Part shown: piece after piece, positions 9,457-19,885 of the stretch
Numbering within the stretch: position 1 is the stretch's first letter
Layout: the number at the start of each line of letters is the position of its first letter
Assembly: GCA_031551265.1 (NCBI GenBank)
Contig: JAVBNU010000026.1
Coordinates: 858 to 64,857 of the forward strand
From: Candidatus Gastranaerophilaceae bacterium
Lineage (GTDB): Bacteria > Cyanobacteriota > Vampirovibrionia > Gastranaerophilales > Gastranaerophilaceae
DNA length: 64,000 nt
Reading direction: 5' to 3'
Notes under the pieces: model-generated
What the model was told of the DNA's origin: nothing
Databases searched by the model: none
Seen by the model: only the letters and a program-made list of their open reading frames with translations
Translations under genes and position numbers: made by a program

Positions 9457-11616
9457 ATGAAAATCGCTAGCATACAGCTATCCAATGGTATTACCATTGC
9501 AGGAAATAAAAACTCATTTCAAGTAGAAAAAAACCAAACACAATCAAACCCACAGCAAGTTAGCTTGAACAACATGCCTTCAAACGCGTATTTGGTGAAC
9601 TTTAAAAGTGCGCCTGTTGCGCATATTAAATTTCCTATGGTATCAACAAGCACCACTCCCCCAGGCTCATCTGTTATAAAGTATGACGCGGATAACGAGT
9701 TGTTCATAGAAAACATTTTAGACCTCACAAAAGGAGATGTTACTGCCAAATCAAAAAAAGATTTTGAAGCAGAGTTAGAACAACTCAAAAAAATGCCTTC
9801 AAGCCCATATAACGATAAGCTTATAAAAGAATGTGAAAAAGAGCAGAAGCAGATTGAAAAAATTAACAGTCATGGCTTGCATCTCAGTGTTTGGGAAAAA
9901 GCTGAAAAAATGGTATATCATGCCAAAGACAACAAAGACCACACGATATTTTATTTAAAAGTAGATAAAGAGCTTGAGAAATCGAAATTGCCAACATTTA
10001 AGTACTCCCAAGGTGAATTCAAACCGCAAGTTACAGTAATGGACAAATCTTTGAACGGCTCAAAAGTAAAGATGATTGCGGGAAGCTACATGAAATCAGA
10101 AGACGGCTGGTCGTTGACAATGCCTGGCGATTTGAAAATTCCAGAACTCAAAAAACCGTTGTTTATAGGTGTCAGAGATGGCGAAACCGTCGTTTACTCT
10201 GAACATAATAGTGTCAAAAACAGCAGGCCAATTGCTTTTAAACAAGCGCAACCAAACAATCAAAGCATGGTTGCGGTATCAACTCTGAATCTTGAAAACA
10301 GAACCGAAAATGCTGTACAAATTTACATGAATGCCGGTTTAGATAAACTAGCAAAACAAACAAAAGAAGGAGAGTATATCCAAGAAGTATTGGATAATAA
10401 TCCCACATTTTTTATGCCGGCAGGTGGTTTTGGTAAAAGATTCCGAGGCTATACTGAGGGTGGAGAAACTAAACCTTCTGCGCCTTTACCTACAGACCCA
10501 AATCACAGAATGTTAGGTACAACTCTTGATATTGCAGCCTCAGCAGGACTTTTACACAATTACGACCAAGTTTTATACTTGAGCCAAAACAAAAGTTTAA
10601 AAAGGCTCGATAATGCGCATCAGGTTCTCGAGGTTCCAAAACATGACAGCGATGGTGGCGCCATGGTAGAAGCCCTAAAAAAAGGAGGTGTTGCTGTTGA
10701 CAAAGATATGGTTATTTTAAATGCTGATATTTTCACAAATGCAGATGTCTCAAAAGTATACCACGCCCTTAAAAGCTTACCCGATGCTGCGTTTGTGATT
10801 CCATATTATGTAGTTGATGCTGAACGCGCAAAATCATTCGGATTAATCGGTACTAAAAAACCGGGTAGTCCTGAAATTGATACTTTCGTTGAAAAACCAA
10901 AATATACTAAAATCGAACAAATCCCTAATGAATTAAGAAGATATCTGGAGGGTGATCGTGATTATGCTCCGGAATCAGAAGAACATCAAGAATTTTTGTT
11001 AAATCGCAAGGATGACGTGAAAGATTTGGTAAACTTCAAGCTATCAGAAAAAGCTCGAGACAATGAATCAACCGACGACTTTATGGCTAACCCGGGGATA
11101 TATGCATTCAGCAAAGAAGCTGTTGAGGTACTGAAAAACTGGAAAGATGAAAACGCCGCAACAGTGGATGAAACTTGGGCTCCCGGTAAACCATCTACCG
11201 GGCTTGGTAAAGTTATAGTGCCATATCTTTTAGAACAATGCCGAAAAGGAAAATTAATAAGTAAAGAAACAGGTAAACCAATGAAAGCCTACACAATACA
11301 GCTTCAAAGACTTGGTGGAAACCAACCTGCTTTTTGGGACGATATCGGTTCAGCTGACGCTTTTTTGAATGTTGTTCGTGAGGTTGCATACCAAACTGAA
11401 ACCAATGAAAAGAATCCGGCTAAAAGCAGATTCTATGGCCTCCCACAATACATGCTAAAAGATTTCGCTGAATTAGCTGATTACGAGACCGGTGTAGTAA
11501 ATATGTCACAAGATGCCCAAATTAATTTTGTGAATTTTAAACAAAAAAATAAAATCACCGCAGTCGAAGGCAACGTCTTAGTAACAGATGAAAACATTGC
11601 TCACTCAAAAGCTTAA
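9457..11616 (+). CDS. large protein with a sugar-phosphate nucleotidyltransferase-like domain and an unknown ~320-aa N-terminal region
   Basis: 719 aa with an AGGAAG RBS. PAGGFGKRF matches the G-x-G-x-R NTP-transferase loop, and FWDDIGSADAFL matches the W-x-D-x-G motif of GlgC/GalU-type enzymes. Confidence 0.5.
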   Translation: MKIASIQLSNGITIAGNKNSFQVEKNQTQSNPQQVSLNNMPSNAYLVNFKSAPVAHIKFPMVSTSTTPPGSSVIKYDADNELFIENILDLTKGDVTAKSKKDFEAELEQLKKMPSSPYNDKLIKECEKEQKQIEKINSHGLHLSVWEKAEKMVYHAKDNKDHTIFYLKVDKELEKSKLPTFKYSQGEFKPQVTVMDKSLNGSKVKMIAGSYMKSEDGWSLTMPGDLKIPELKKPLFIGVRDGETVVYSEHNSVKNSRPIAFKQAQPNNQSMVAVSTLNLENRTENAVQIYMNAGLDKLAKQTKEGEYIQEVLDNNPTFFMPAGGFGKRFRGYTEGGETKPSAPLPTDPNHRMLGTTLDIAASAGLLHNYDQVLYLSQNKSLKRLDNAHQVLEVPKHDSDGGAMVEALKKGGVAVDKDMVILNADIFTNADVSKVYHALKSLPDAAFVIPYYVVDAERAKSFGLIGTKKPGSPEIDTFVEKPKYTKIEQIPNELRRYLEGDRDYAPESEEHQEFLLNRKDDVKDLVNFKLSEKARDNESTDDFMANPGIYAFSKEAVEVLKNWKDENAATVDETWAPGKPSTGLGKVIVPYLLEQCRKGKLISKETGKPMKAYTIQLQRLGGNQPAFWDDIGSADAFLNVVREVAYQTETNEKNPAKSRFYGLPQYMLKDFAELADYETGVVNMSQDAQINFVNFKQKNKITAVEGNVLVTDENIAHSKA

Positions 11617-11625
11617 TTAAACTAA

Positions 11626-12282
11626 TTATTTAATACAAAATTGACCTGATATGACACCAAATATTGGGTCAATTTTTTTGTGGAATTTAAACCCATGCGA
11701 CTCAAACATTTTTATTAATTCTACGGGCGCTGAGAAGTCTTTTTTGGACTGTAAAAAACTATTATAGGGTATGGCTGAGCCGGGAGGAATTTTCGCCAGC
11801 AATCGCACTATGGCGTCAAATGTTTTATCAGCAAAATTATTGCTTTTGCCAAAATCAAGATGTGCAAAGGTACCATCCTTTTTGAGCACACGGTATATTT
11901 CGGATAAAGCCCTATCCTTATCGGGAATATTACGCAGGCCAAAACTTATTGTACAAAGGTCAAAACTTTCATCTTCAAACGGCAAATTTGTACAATCGGC
12001 ATTTATAAACACAGCATCAGACACTTTTTGTTTGGCAATATCCAACATCGGCTCCGAAATATCAATACCCATAACTTTTGCTGTCGGGCTTTTTTCTTTT
12101 AGCATTCTCGCAATATCACCCGAGCCGGAACATAGATCTAAAATTCTTGCATCATCAGGTATTGATAATTGCTGCACAAATAAATATTTTACCAATTTAT
12201 GCATACCCAAAGAAATGATATTATTGAAAACATCATATCTATGTGCAAATTTTTCGAACATTATTTGGTTAGATTCAGACAT
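11626..12282 (-). CDS. ubiE: class I SAM-dependent methyltransferase, UbiE/MenG-like
   Basis: 218 aa with YDVFNNIISLGMHKLVK, the SAM motif ILDLCSGSGD, and FGLRNIPDKDRALSEIYRVLKKDG. Confidence 0.7.
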   Translation of the reverse strand: MSESNQIMFEKFAHRYDVFNNIISLGMHKLVKYLFVQQLSIPDDARILDLCSGSGDIARMLKEKSPTAKVMGIDISEPMLDIAKQKVSDAVFINADCTNLPFEDESFDLCTISFGLRNIPDKDRALSEIYRVLKKDGTFAHLDFGKSNNFADKTFDAIVRLLAKIPPGSAIPYNSFLQSKKDFSAPVELIKMFESHGFKFHKKIDPIFGVISGQFCIK

Positions 12283-12291
12283 TTGATTATT

Positions 12292-12726
12292 TTAATTATT
12301 AACTAAATCTTTTAGGGATTCTTTGTTAACGCCTCTAATAATATTTTCCAGAATCTCTGCACTGTCATAAACCAGTCCAGAACAATGTTCTTTGCGCTCA
12401 GGTGAGCCAAAATCATGTTTTGCAGTCAGCACACGACAACAGGCCGAGCCTCTTTTATTTTTAAATTGTTTTAAAAATTCTTTAGCCAGAGCTTTTGCTT
12501 CATCAGGTGATTGTTCAATATTCGTTCTGCCTTTTATAGCGCCAATCACTATTTCACAAGCTGCAACAGCACCACACAAACAACCTGACGACATACCCCC
12601 CGAAAAGGCTGTTGCTACCGGCAAAATATGTTCTGAAATAAGTTCTTCATCAATCGCTGCTTTCAAAATTGCTTCCGAGCAAGAATAGCCTTCTTTAAAA
12701 TATTGTACTGCTTTTTCCTTCATCAT
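12292..12726 (-). CDS. C_GCAxxG_C_C family redox protein
   Basis: 144 aa. The conserved Cys pattern (YSCSEA, GCLCGAVAAC, CCRVL, EHCSGLV) fits that family. Confidence 0.65.
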   Translation of the reverse strand: MMKEKAVQYFKEGYSCSEAILKAAIDEELISEHILPVATAFSGGMSSGCLCGAVAACEIVIGAIKGRTNIEQSPDEAKALAKEFLKQFKNKRGSACCRVLTAKHDFGSPERKEHCSGLVYDSAEILENIIRGVNKESLKDLVNN

Positions 12727-12737
12727 TAAAATCCTTT

Positions 12738-14030
12738 TTATGGTTTTATTCTGTCCATTAGGCGCGGGAATGGAATAGTTTCACGTACATGATGTAAGCC
12801 GCAAATCCAAGCGACTGTGCGTTCAATACCCAATCCAAATCCTGCGTGCTCAACGCTTCCGTATTTTCTCAAGTCTAAATACCAATCAAAAACATCTTCA
12901 CTCAAGCCGTGTTCAGCTATTTTAGCTTTAAGCAACGCAATGTCATCTTCTCTTTGACCGCCGCCGATAATTTCGCCAAAACCTTCCGGCGCAATTACAT
13001 CAACACAAAGCGCGAGTTTATCATTTTCAGGGTCTTGTTTCATATAGAACGCTTTTATCGACATTGGATAACGATGTATCATTACCGGCTTGTCAAATTC
13101 TTCTGAAATCAACGTTTCCTCGTCACCACCAAAGTCTTCACCCCAAGGTGTTTCGTTGCCTTTTTTATGTAAAATTTCAATTGCCTCAGAATAAGTAATT
13201 CTTGGGAACGGTCTTTTTATATTTTCAAGTTTAGCAATATCGCGTTCTAAAACTTCTAAATCAGCTCTGTTGTGTTCCAAAACTTGTTGTACAATGTATT
13301 CGATAAACTCTTCTGCCAAATCCATGTCGTCTTGAATATTAAAAAACGCAACTTCCGGCTCAACCATCCAAAACTCTGTTAAATGGCGTCTTGTTTTTGA
13401 TTTTTCCGCCCTAAAAGTCGGGCCAAAGCAATAAGCTTTACCCACAGCCATTGCTGCAGCTTCCATATATAGCTGCCCGCTTTGGGTCAGATATGCTTTT
13501 GTATCAAAATAATCTGTTTCAAAAAGGTTTGTTGTACCCTCGCAAGCGTTTGGTGTAAAAATCGGAGCATCAACTAATGTAAAGCCTTTATTATCAAAGA
13601 AATCTCTGACAGACTTAATAATTCTGTGTCTAACTTTTAAAATTGCATTTTGTTTTGGCGCGCGTAACCACAAATGACGGTTTTCCATCAAAAAATGTAC
13701 GCCGTGCTCTTTTGGAGTAATCGGATAATCTACCGACTCCGAGATAATTTTGACATCTTTTACATCAATCTCATATCCGATTTTTGAGCGGTCATGTTTT
13801 TTTACTGTGCCCACAACTTCAATTGAGGATTCCTGAGTAATTCTATCAGCCAATTCAAAAGCTTCATCCGAAACATTGCCTTTAAAGACAACTGCCTGAA
13901 TTTCACCGGTACCGTCGCGCAGCTGCAAAAAGTGCAGTGTGCCACTTGAACGTTTGTTGAACATCCAAGCCTGCAATGTGATTTCCTGATTTTCGCATTT
14001 GGCAATTTCGTTGATAAAAATTTTTCTCAT
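12738..14030 (-). CDS. asnS: asparagine--tRNA ligase
   Basis: 430 aa class IIb aaRS with [21 protein letters not shown] and C-terminal [12 protein letters not shown]. An archaeal-type AspRS is the alternative. Confidence 0.8.
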   Translation of the reverse strand: MRKIFINEIAKCENQEITLQAWMFNKRSSGTLHFLQLRDGTGEIQAVVFKGNVSDEAFELADRITQESSIEVVGTVKKHDRSKIGYEIDVKDVKIISESVDYPITPKEHGVHFLMENRHLWLRAPKQNAILKVRHRIIKSVRDFFDNKGFTLVDAPIFTPNACEGTTNLFETDYFDTKAYLTQSGQLYMEAAAMAVGKAYCFGPTFRAEKSKTRRHLTEFWMVEPEVAFFNIQDDMDLAEEFIEYIVQQVLEHNRADLEVLERDIAKLENIKRPFPRITYSEAIEILHKKGNETPWGEDFGGDEETLISEEFDKPVMIHRYPMSIKAFYMKQDPENDKLALCVDVIAPEGFGEIIGGGQREDDIALLKAKIAEHGLSEDVFDWYLDLRKYGSVEHAGFGLGIERTVAWICGLHHVRETIPFPRLMDRIKP

Positions 14031-14439
14031 CTTAAACCCTCTTTTGGTCTTTCAATAAGATTTTATCATGGTAAAAGCTGATTTTAAAATAATTCTTTTT
14101 GTTTTAAATAATTTTTCTTAAAACTTCTATGAAATTCTCTGAAATTATTTTAACCCCCAGCAAAACGCTCCCTTTCCTCTATGCATATTACTGTAATAAT
14201 TTTTTGAAAAGGAATTAAAGCATACTGTCACCCCTGTGACAAATGCCATATGTCTATATTGCACTTTTAATTAGAATTCGCGTATGACTGATATGTTACA
14301 AAATGTAAAAAAATTCTGTAAAGCTGCAATTTGAGGCTCAAAAAATACTTTATATATGTACGGAGTATTATGGCTTTTCGTAGAGAAAAAGCTCACTAGC
14401 GAACTATTAAGAGAAGATAACAAAAGAGGTATTTACACG

Positions 14440-16248
14440 ATGGTTTATCCTGTTGCAGGAAACAATGGATATACTAGACCTGCCGAGGACGATGAAGAAA
14501 TAAGACGCAGGCAGCAGCAACAAGCTGCGCGTGCTGCACGTGCTTCGGAGCCTTTTGAAAAAAAAGAGGACACGCCAAAGGTTGATGACTTCAAACGTGC
14601 TGAGGAAACTTCTGCTACTCAAAACCCGATTACGCAACCATACACCCAAAATAATAAAGAATCAGGCATTGCCGGTCCCGACCATAAAGAAAAAATTAAA
14701 GAAGAAAATAAAGACATACAGGCGAGAATTGACGACAATAAAAAAATTGATATGGGGTCAAGCGTTGCTAATCTTGGAGAAAAAGGCGAACAAAACGAAG
14801 AGGAAAATAAACAGGATGAAAACGCTGACAAATCAAAACTGGAAATGAAATTTGGCACAGCCAGCCACAATTCTGAACGTGACAATCTTGAAGAAGTTGA
14901 GTTGTCGCGTAATAACATTTTTGAAAATACAAAAATAGCAAACGCAGATGAGATTAATGAAAAATTTAGCGAATACGAAAATACGAATCACGAAAATAAC
15001 CCGAATATTTTTGAAGAGGTGCCTAACAACAACCAAGAGATGGGTGTTGACAATTTAAACTTAGATGAAAATAACCAACTGTCCAATAATTTGCAAGAAA
15101 AAGGCTTGCTAGACAGTAATATTAATGTAGACCAGTTACAAGAAAACGGACTGCAAGAAAAAGGCCTGGAAAACAATAACCTCCAAGAAGAAGGTACAAA
15201 TCGAAACTACAATTACACAATAAATAATAACTACGAGTCGAACTATAATCAGGAATTAAAGGAAACTGTCAACAATTTTTCCAATTCAGATAAAGAGCTG
15301 TTCGAAAGTCTTGGCTATAATCCTGTAAATGATACTTTTAATACAGATTTTAGCACTTTATCTAAAAGTGAGCTTCGCAGACTTGGTGATATTGCCCAAT
15401 CGCTGCCTACCGATAATAATTTACGTAAAGCCTTGAATTCAGAAGTCTCAAAAGCTTTTACAGCGCAGGCTGAAAAAGAAAAAAGAAGTTCCGGCACAAA
15501 AAAACCATCAAATAATCTTTCCAATAACGCTTCTACAAATAAAGCTGCAAAAGAAGACAGAACAGCCAAAAAAGAAGAAGTACCGACGCAGATTAAATCA
15601 GCTTTAAAAAGCAGCAGCGAATTTACGAGTGGAGAAATTGCCACTATCAGCCAACTCTCGTATAATTCTAATTCCGAAACATTTGACAAGAATTTACCGC
15701 TCAACCGTGATAGTTTGAGTAATCTGCGCAGCATAAAAGACAAGCTGGATAGGGATAAAACTCCAAGAAAAGTGCTTGACCGCATCGATGATGAGATTGC
15801 ACGTGTTGAGCACAATAAAACGCCTGAAGAATGGCAAAAATTAAAAGAAAAACACAAAAATATTCAGAATGTGAGCCAAATGCTAGCAGCAGAACAAATG
15901 TCTAAAATGGACGCAAACACGAAGGAGGAATACGAGAAAAAAGGCCTGTCAAAAAATCTCGTGGATTCATTAAAAGATAAATTATCGGATGGTGAAATTG
16001 ACGCTCTCAAAAATTTAGGCTATAGACCTGAAACTGAAAACTTTGCAAAAGAATTAAAAATGAAAGATGTAAAAGCTGCACAGAGTATTCTTGATAACAA
16101 AAAATTTCAAACAAATTCCAAAACAGCACGTGCATTGCAGCAGGCCATTGAAAATGCTCAGGCTAAAGCAGTTGAAAACACTCAAAATAACCAAAATATT
16201 TTTGTTGTCGACTCAAGATTGAAGTTTTTATTCAATAATTTGAGATAA
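14440..16248 (+). CDS. acidic/N,Q,K-rich repetitive protein of unknown function
   Basis: Track ORF 14356..16248 trimmed to the ATG at 14440, which follows AGAGG. It has three ~55-aa internal repeats (LGYNP..TF...LPTDNNLRKAL; LSYNS..TF...TPRKVLDRIDDEI; LGYRP..NF...KTARALQQAIE). The C-terminus is NIFVVDSRLKFLFNNLR. Confidence 0.6.
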   Translation: MVYPVAGNNGYTRPAEDDEEIRRRQQQQAARAARASEPFEKKEDTPKVDDFKRAEETSATQNPITQPYTQNNKESGIAGPDHKEKIKEENKDIQARIDDNKKIDMGSSVANLGEKGEQNEEENKQDENADKSKLEMKFGTASHNSERDNLEEVELSRNNIFENTKIANADEINEKFSEYENTNHENNPNIFEEVPNNNQEMGVDNLNLDENNQLSNNLQEKGLLDSNINVDQLQENGLQEKGLENNNLQEEGTNRNYNYTINNNYESNYNQELKETVNNFSNSDKELFESLGYNPVNDTFNTDFSTLSKSELRRLGDIAQSLPTDNNLRKALNSEVSKAFTAQAEKEKRSSGTKKPSNNLSNNASTNKAAKEDRTAKKEEVPTQIKSALKSSSEFTSGEIATISQLSYNSNSETFDKNLPLNRDSLSNLRSIKDKLDRDKTPRKVLDRIDDEIARVEHNKTPEEWQKLKEKHKNIQNVSQMLAAEQMSKMDANTKEEYEKKGLSKNLVDSLKDKLSDGEIDALKNLGYRPETENFAKELKMKDVKAAQSILDNKKFQTNSKTARALQQAIENAQAKAVENTQNNQNIFVVDSRLKFLFNNLR

Positions 16249-16308
16249 TAACAATTGTCTGGCTGCTGCTTCATGAATAAAGCCAAGACCACGTTGCGGA
16301 ACGGCGAC

Positions 16309-19300
16309 TTAAACCTTAATTAACTCGCGCAGGCTATTAAGCAACCCTGCGCTGCCTTTGCGGTATTTATCAATACTGTCGTATTTTAACTCAGGGTTTT
16401 TGATATAGTAATTAAGCGCTCTTAAATATGCTCTTGCGGTATCAAGTGATGTGAAGCAAGGCGTACAATACATTTCAGAAATTGTGCGAAGTAAAAATCC
16501 TCTGTTTTCTGAACCCACACGTGCTGCATTCGCATCCGTTGAAGGCGTGTTTATGATAAAACTTAAATCTCTGCTTTTCATATTGCGCTGAATTCGCTCT
16601 AAGTCAAAATATTCAATTTCTTTTGAAACAATTCCGTTTTCTTCCAAGAAATTGTGCGTACCCGTTGTAGCAACTATTCTATACCCAAGCTCATTAATAG
16701 TTTTCGCAATATCTAAACACAACGGCTTATGGTGATTTGTCAGAGAAAGCAAGACATCCTTGCCTTTGCGGTCGTTAATGTTCACAGGGAACTTATATCC
16801 GGCCGCCATAAATCCTTTTATAAGCGCTTTCTCAAAAACATTATCTACACCCAAAACCTCGCCCGTTGATTTCATTTCAGGCGCAAGCGCAGGGTCAATT
16901 CTATTAAGCTTTTGGAACGAGAACACCGGCACTTTCACGCATATCAAAGAACGTGTAGGTGCCAAATCAGGCTTGTAGCCTTGTTCTTTAATGCTCTGAC
17001 CTAAAATCACATTAATCGCAATTTTAGTCATCGGAATGCCCGTAACTTTACTCATAATCGGCACTGTACGTGACGCACGAGGATTAACCTCAATAACGTA
17101 TGCAATATCATCTTTCAGGACAAACTGAATGTTCATCAAGCCTTTGATTTGCAACTTACGTGCAATTTTTTGTGTATATTCAATTAATTTTGCGCTGATA
17201 TGTTTCGGCACAGTTTGCGGTGGATAAATTGCCATACTGTCACCTGAGTGAACACCGGCTTTTTCAATATGCTCTGTGATGCCGGGTATCAGGACATTTT
17301 CTCCGTCAGATATTGCATCAAGCTCAACCTCATCACCTGCAACATACTGGTCAATTAAGACAGGATGTTCATCAGAAAATTTCAACGCTTCTTTGAAGTA
17401 TGTCAAAAGCTCTTCCTGATTGTACACAACCTGCATGCCGCGCCCACCGATTACATAGGAGGGACGGACTAATAACGGATAACCGAGTTCTTCGGAAACG
17501 CCTATTGCTTCTTTGACAGAGCGCACTGCATAGCCTTTTGGCTGCGGAATTTCCAGCTCTTGTAATAATTTTTCAAATAATTTTCTGTCCTCAGCCATAT
17601 TAATCGACTCAAGCGAAGTTCCTAAAATTTTCACTTTTCGCTGTTGGAGTTTTGGCGCAAGGTTAATTGCAGTCTGGCCTCCAAATTGAACCATTACTCC
17701 CGCAGGTTTTTCAGCCCTGACAATGTTCATTATGTTTTCGATATTCATCGGCTCGAAGAAAAGCTTATCAGCAACGTCAAAATCTGTACTTAACGTCTCG
17801 GGATTAGAGTTTACAATCAAAGACTCATAACCTTTTTCACGTACAGCCCAGGCTGCATGCACAGAACAATAATCAAATTCAATACCCTGACCTATACGAA
17901 TAGGACCTGAACCCAAAATCAAAATACTATCTTTGTCTTTATTTACAATATTTTCATTTTCTTCATTAAACGTTGAATAGAAATAAGGCGTTTGTGCCTC
18001 AAACTCAGCCGCACAAGTATCAACCATTTTAAACGCTGCCGAAATGTTGTTCACAACACGGAAAGTCTCAATTTCCTCATGCGACTTTTTCATTAAATCA
18101 GCAATCTCGCTGTCTAAAAATCCTTTTTCTTTGGCTTCCATATACATTTCTTTTGTTAATTTACCGGCTGCCAATCTCTTTCTAAAATCGACAAGATTCC
18201 TGATTTTATTGATAAACCAAGGGTCAATCTTAGTAATTTTGTTTAATTCCGTAACTGAAAAACCACGATTTAGCGCTTCTGCAACACGGAAAATTCTTCT
18301 GTCATCCTGAATTGAAAGCTGTGTTCTCAAAACTGAATCAGGCAATTCAACATATTTTTGCCAGATTAAATCAGTATTTTTATCCTCAATTGAAGTAACA
18401 GCTTTTTTAAATGAACTCTCAAAAGTTCTGCCGATTGCCATAACTTCGCCTGTGGCTTTCATTTTCGTACCTAAAAGTCTGTCACCTTTGGCGAATTTGT
18501 CAAACGGCCATTTAGGAATTTTTGTAACCACATAATCAATAGTTGGCTCAAACGCAGCGACTGTCTTTTTAGTGATTGAGTTTACAATCTCTTCCAAACG
18601 ATAGCCAACCGCGATTTTAGTCGTAACTTTTGCAATCGGATAACCCGTCGCCTTAGAAGCCAGCGCAGATGAGCGGCTTACGCGGGGGTTAACCTCAATA
18701 ACATAATACTGATTGCTGTGCGTATCCAGCGCATATTGGACATTACAGCCGCCAGCTATTTTCAATGCACGAATGATTTTCAACGCTGACGTTCTCAACA
18801 TTTGATACTCTTTATTTGTCAGTGTTTGAGAAGGCGCAACAACAAAACTGTCACCTGTATGAATACCAATCGGGTCAATATTTTCCATATTACAAATAAC
18901 GATACATGTGTCGTTAGCATCACGCATAACTTCATATTCGATTTCTTTATAGCCCGCAATACTTTTCTCAACCAAAACCTGTGTTATAGGTGACTGCTCC
19001 AAGCCGGAATGTACAATTTCTTCATATTCTTTTCTGTTTTTGGCAATACCACCGCCAGCGCCACCCAGTGTAAACGCAGGACGAATGATAATAGGATAGC
19101 CCACTTTTTCAGCAAAAATTAAAGCATCATCTAAGCTTGATGCAATCATACTATCAGGTATCGGCTCACCGATTTCGTTCATCAAATTTTTGAATAATTC
19201 TCTGTCTTCAGCGAGATTAATCGAATTAATATCAGTTCCCAGCAGTCTGACATTATATTTTTTCAAAACACCTGCTTTATCAAGCTCACACGCCATATTC

Positions 19301-19587
19301 AAACCAGTCTGGCCGCCTAAAGATGCTATCAAGCCATCCGGTCTCTCTTTATTAATAATATATGTCAGAGCCTCGACGGTTATCGGTTGAATGTAAACTT
19401 TGTCAGCAATATCCTCATCAGTCATAATTGTTGCGGGATTAGAATTGACCAGAACAACCTGTATCCCTTCCTCTTTCAACGCGCGGCATGCCTGCACGCC
19501 CGCATAATCAAATTCCGCTGCTTGTCCTATTACTATCGGTCCTGAACCTATTACCAGTACCTTTTTTATACTCTTGTCTCTGCTCAT
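16309..19587 (-). CDS. carB: carbamoyl-phosphate synthase large subunit
   Basis: 1092 aa. Duplicated ATP-grasp halves, with N-terminus KKVLVIGSGPIVIGQAAEFDYAG repeated as ILILGSGPIRIGQGIEFDYC. Confidence 0.95.
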   Translation of the reverse strand: MSRDKSIKKVLVIGSGPIVIGQAAEFDYAGVQACRALKEEGIQVVLVNSNPATIMTDEDIADKVYIQPITVEALTYIINKERPDGLIASLGGQTGLNMACELDKAGVLKKYNVRLLGTDINSINLAEDRELFKNLMNEIGEPIPDSMIASSLDDALIFAEKVGYPIIIRPAFTLGGAGGGIAKNRKEYEEIVHSGLEQSPITQVLVEKSIAGYKEIEYEVMRDANDTCIVICNMENIDPIGIHTGDSFVVAPSQTLTNKEYQMLRTSALKIIRALKIAGGCNVQYALDTHSNQYYVIEVNPRVSRSSALASKATGYPIAKVTTKIAVGYRLEEIVNSITKKTVAAFEPTIDYVVTKIPKWPFDKFAKGDRLLGTKMKATGEVMAIGRTFESSFKKAVTSIEDKNTDLIWQKYVELPDSVLRTQLSIQDDRRIFRVAEALNRGFSVTELNKITKIDPWFINKIRNLVDFRKRLAAGKLTKEMYMEAKEKGFLDSEIADLMKKSHEEIETFRVVNNISAAFKMVDTCAAEFEAQTPYFYSTFNEENENIVNKDKDSILILGSGPIRIGQGIEFDYCSVHAAWAVREKGYESLIVNSNPETLSTDFDVADKLFFEPMNIENIMNIVRAEKPAGVMVQFGGQTAINLAPKLQQRKVKILGTSLESINMAEDRKLFEKLLQELEIPQPKGYAVRSVKEAIGVSEELGYPLLVRPSYVIGGRGMQVVYNQEELLTYFKEALKFSDEHPVLIDQYVAGDEVELDAISDGENVLIPGITEHIEKAGVHSGDSMAIYPPQTVPKHISAKLIEYTQKIARKLQIKGLMNIQFVLKDDIAYVIEVNPRASRTVPIMSKVTGIPMTKIAINVILGQSIKEQGYKPDLAPTRSLICVKVPVFSFQKLNRIDPALAPEMKSTGEVLGVDNVFEKALIKGFMAAGYKFPVNINDRKGKDVLLSLTNHHKPLCLDIAKTINELGYRIVATTGTHNFLEENGIVSKEIEYFDLERIQRNMKSRDLSFIINTPSTDANAARVGSENRGFLLRTISEMYCTPCFTSLDTARAYLRALNYYIKNPELKYDSIDKYRKGSAGLLNSLRELIKV

Positions 19588-19612
19588 GTATTAATTCCTT
19601 ATTGTTTCATTC

Positions 19613-19882
19613 GGTGCGTGGGACGCACCCTACTTTTTTTATTTTGTTGGGATGGAAACCCCCAACTTACTTTTTTATGCTCCCTCTCCCCGTTGCGACT
19701 CTGCCGAGTAAAACGATTGAGTATCGTTTTAGGAGAGGTGGGCTGGGGTGAGGGGTACGTTTACCTTCTCCTGTGTTTTTGTTGGGGTGAAACCCCAACC
19801 TACTGCTTTATTTTTCTTTTGTGGGGTGGGCTCGCCAGCCCACCATTATTAATTCGTTGCGGTGCGTGAGACGCACCCTACA
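19613..19882 (-). repeat. BIME-like cluster of REP-type hairpin units (families A, B, C, D)
   Basis: Unit positions: A at 19613-19633 and 19861-19882; B at 19647-19670 (degenerate) and 19781-19804; C at 19681-19758 (CCTCTCC...GGAGAGG plus GGGGTGAGGGGTAC); D at 19825-19844. On the minus strand, A and B read GTAG plus stem-loop. Confidence 0.75.
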
Positions 19883-19885
19883 GTT

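Noticed and set aside
11771-12286. Long antisense ORFs inside well-supported genes, for example 11771..12286 opposite ubiE, 15315..15857, 27420..27884, 57637..58221, 47781..48128 and 33405..33773.
   Set aside because: Each is fully embedded antisense to a gene with clear family motifs or to a compositionally biased gene. The low GC content and low-complexity sequence generate long spurious frames.
19488-19869. Track ORFs 19488..19751 and 19618..19869 (also 25135..25335), with odd Gly/Trp/Leu-rich translations.
   Set aside because: They are read-throughs of the REP/BIME hairpin clusters (GGGGTGAGGGGTAC and similar). They have no RBS and overlap repeats that recur in several loci, so they are not genes.
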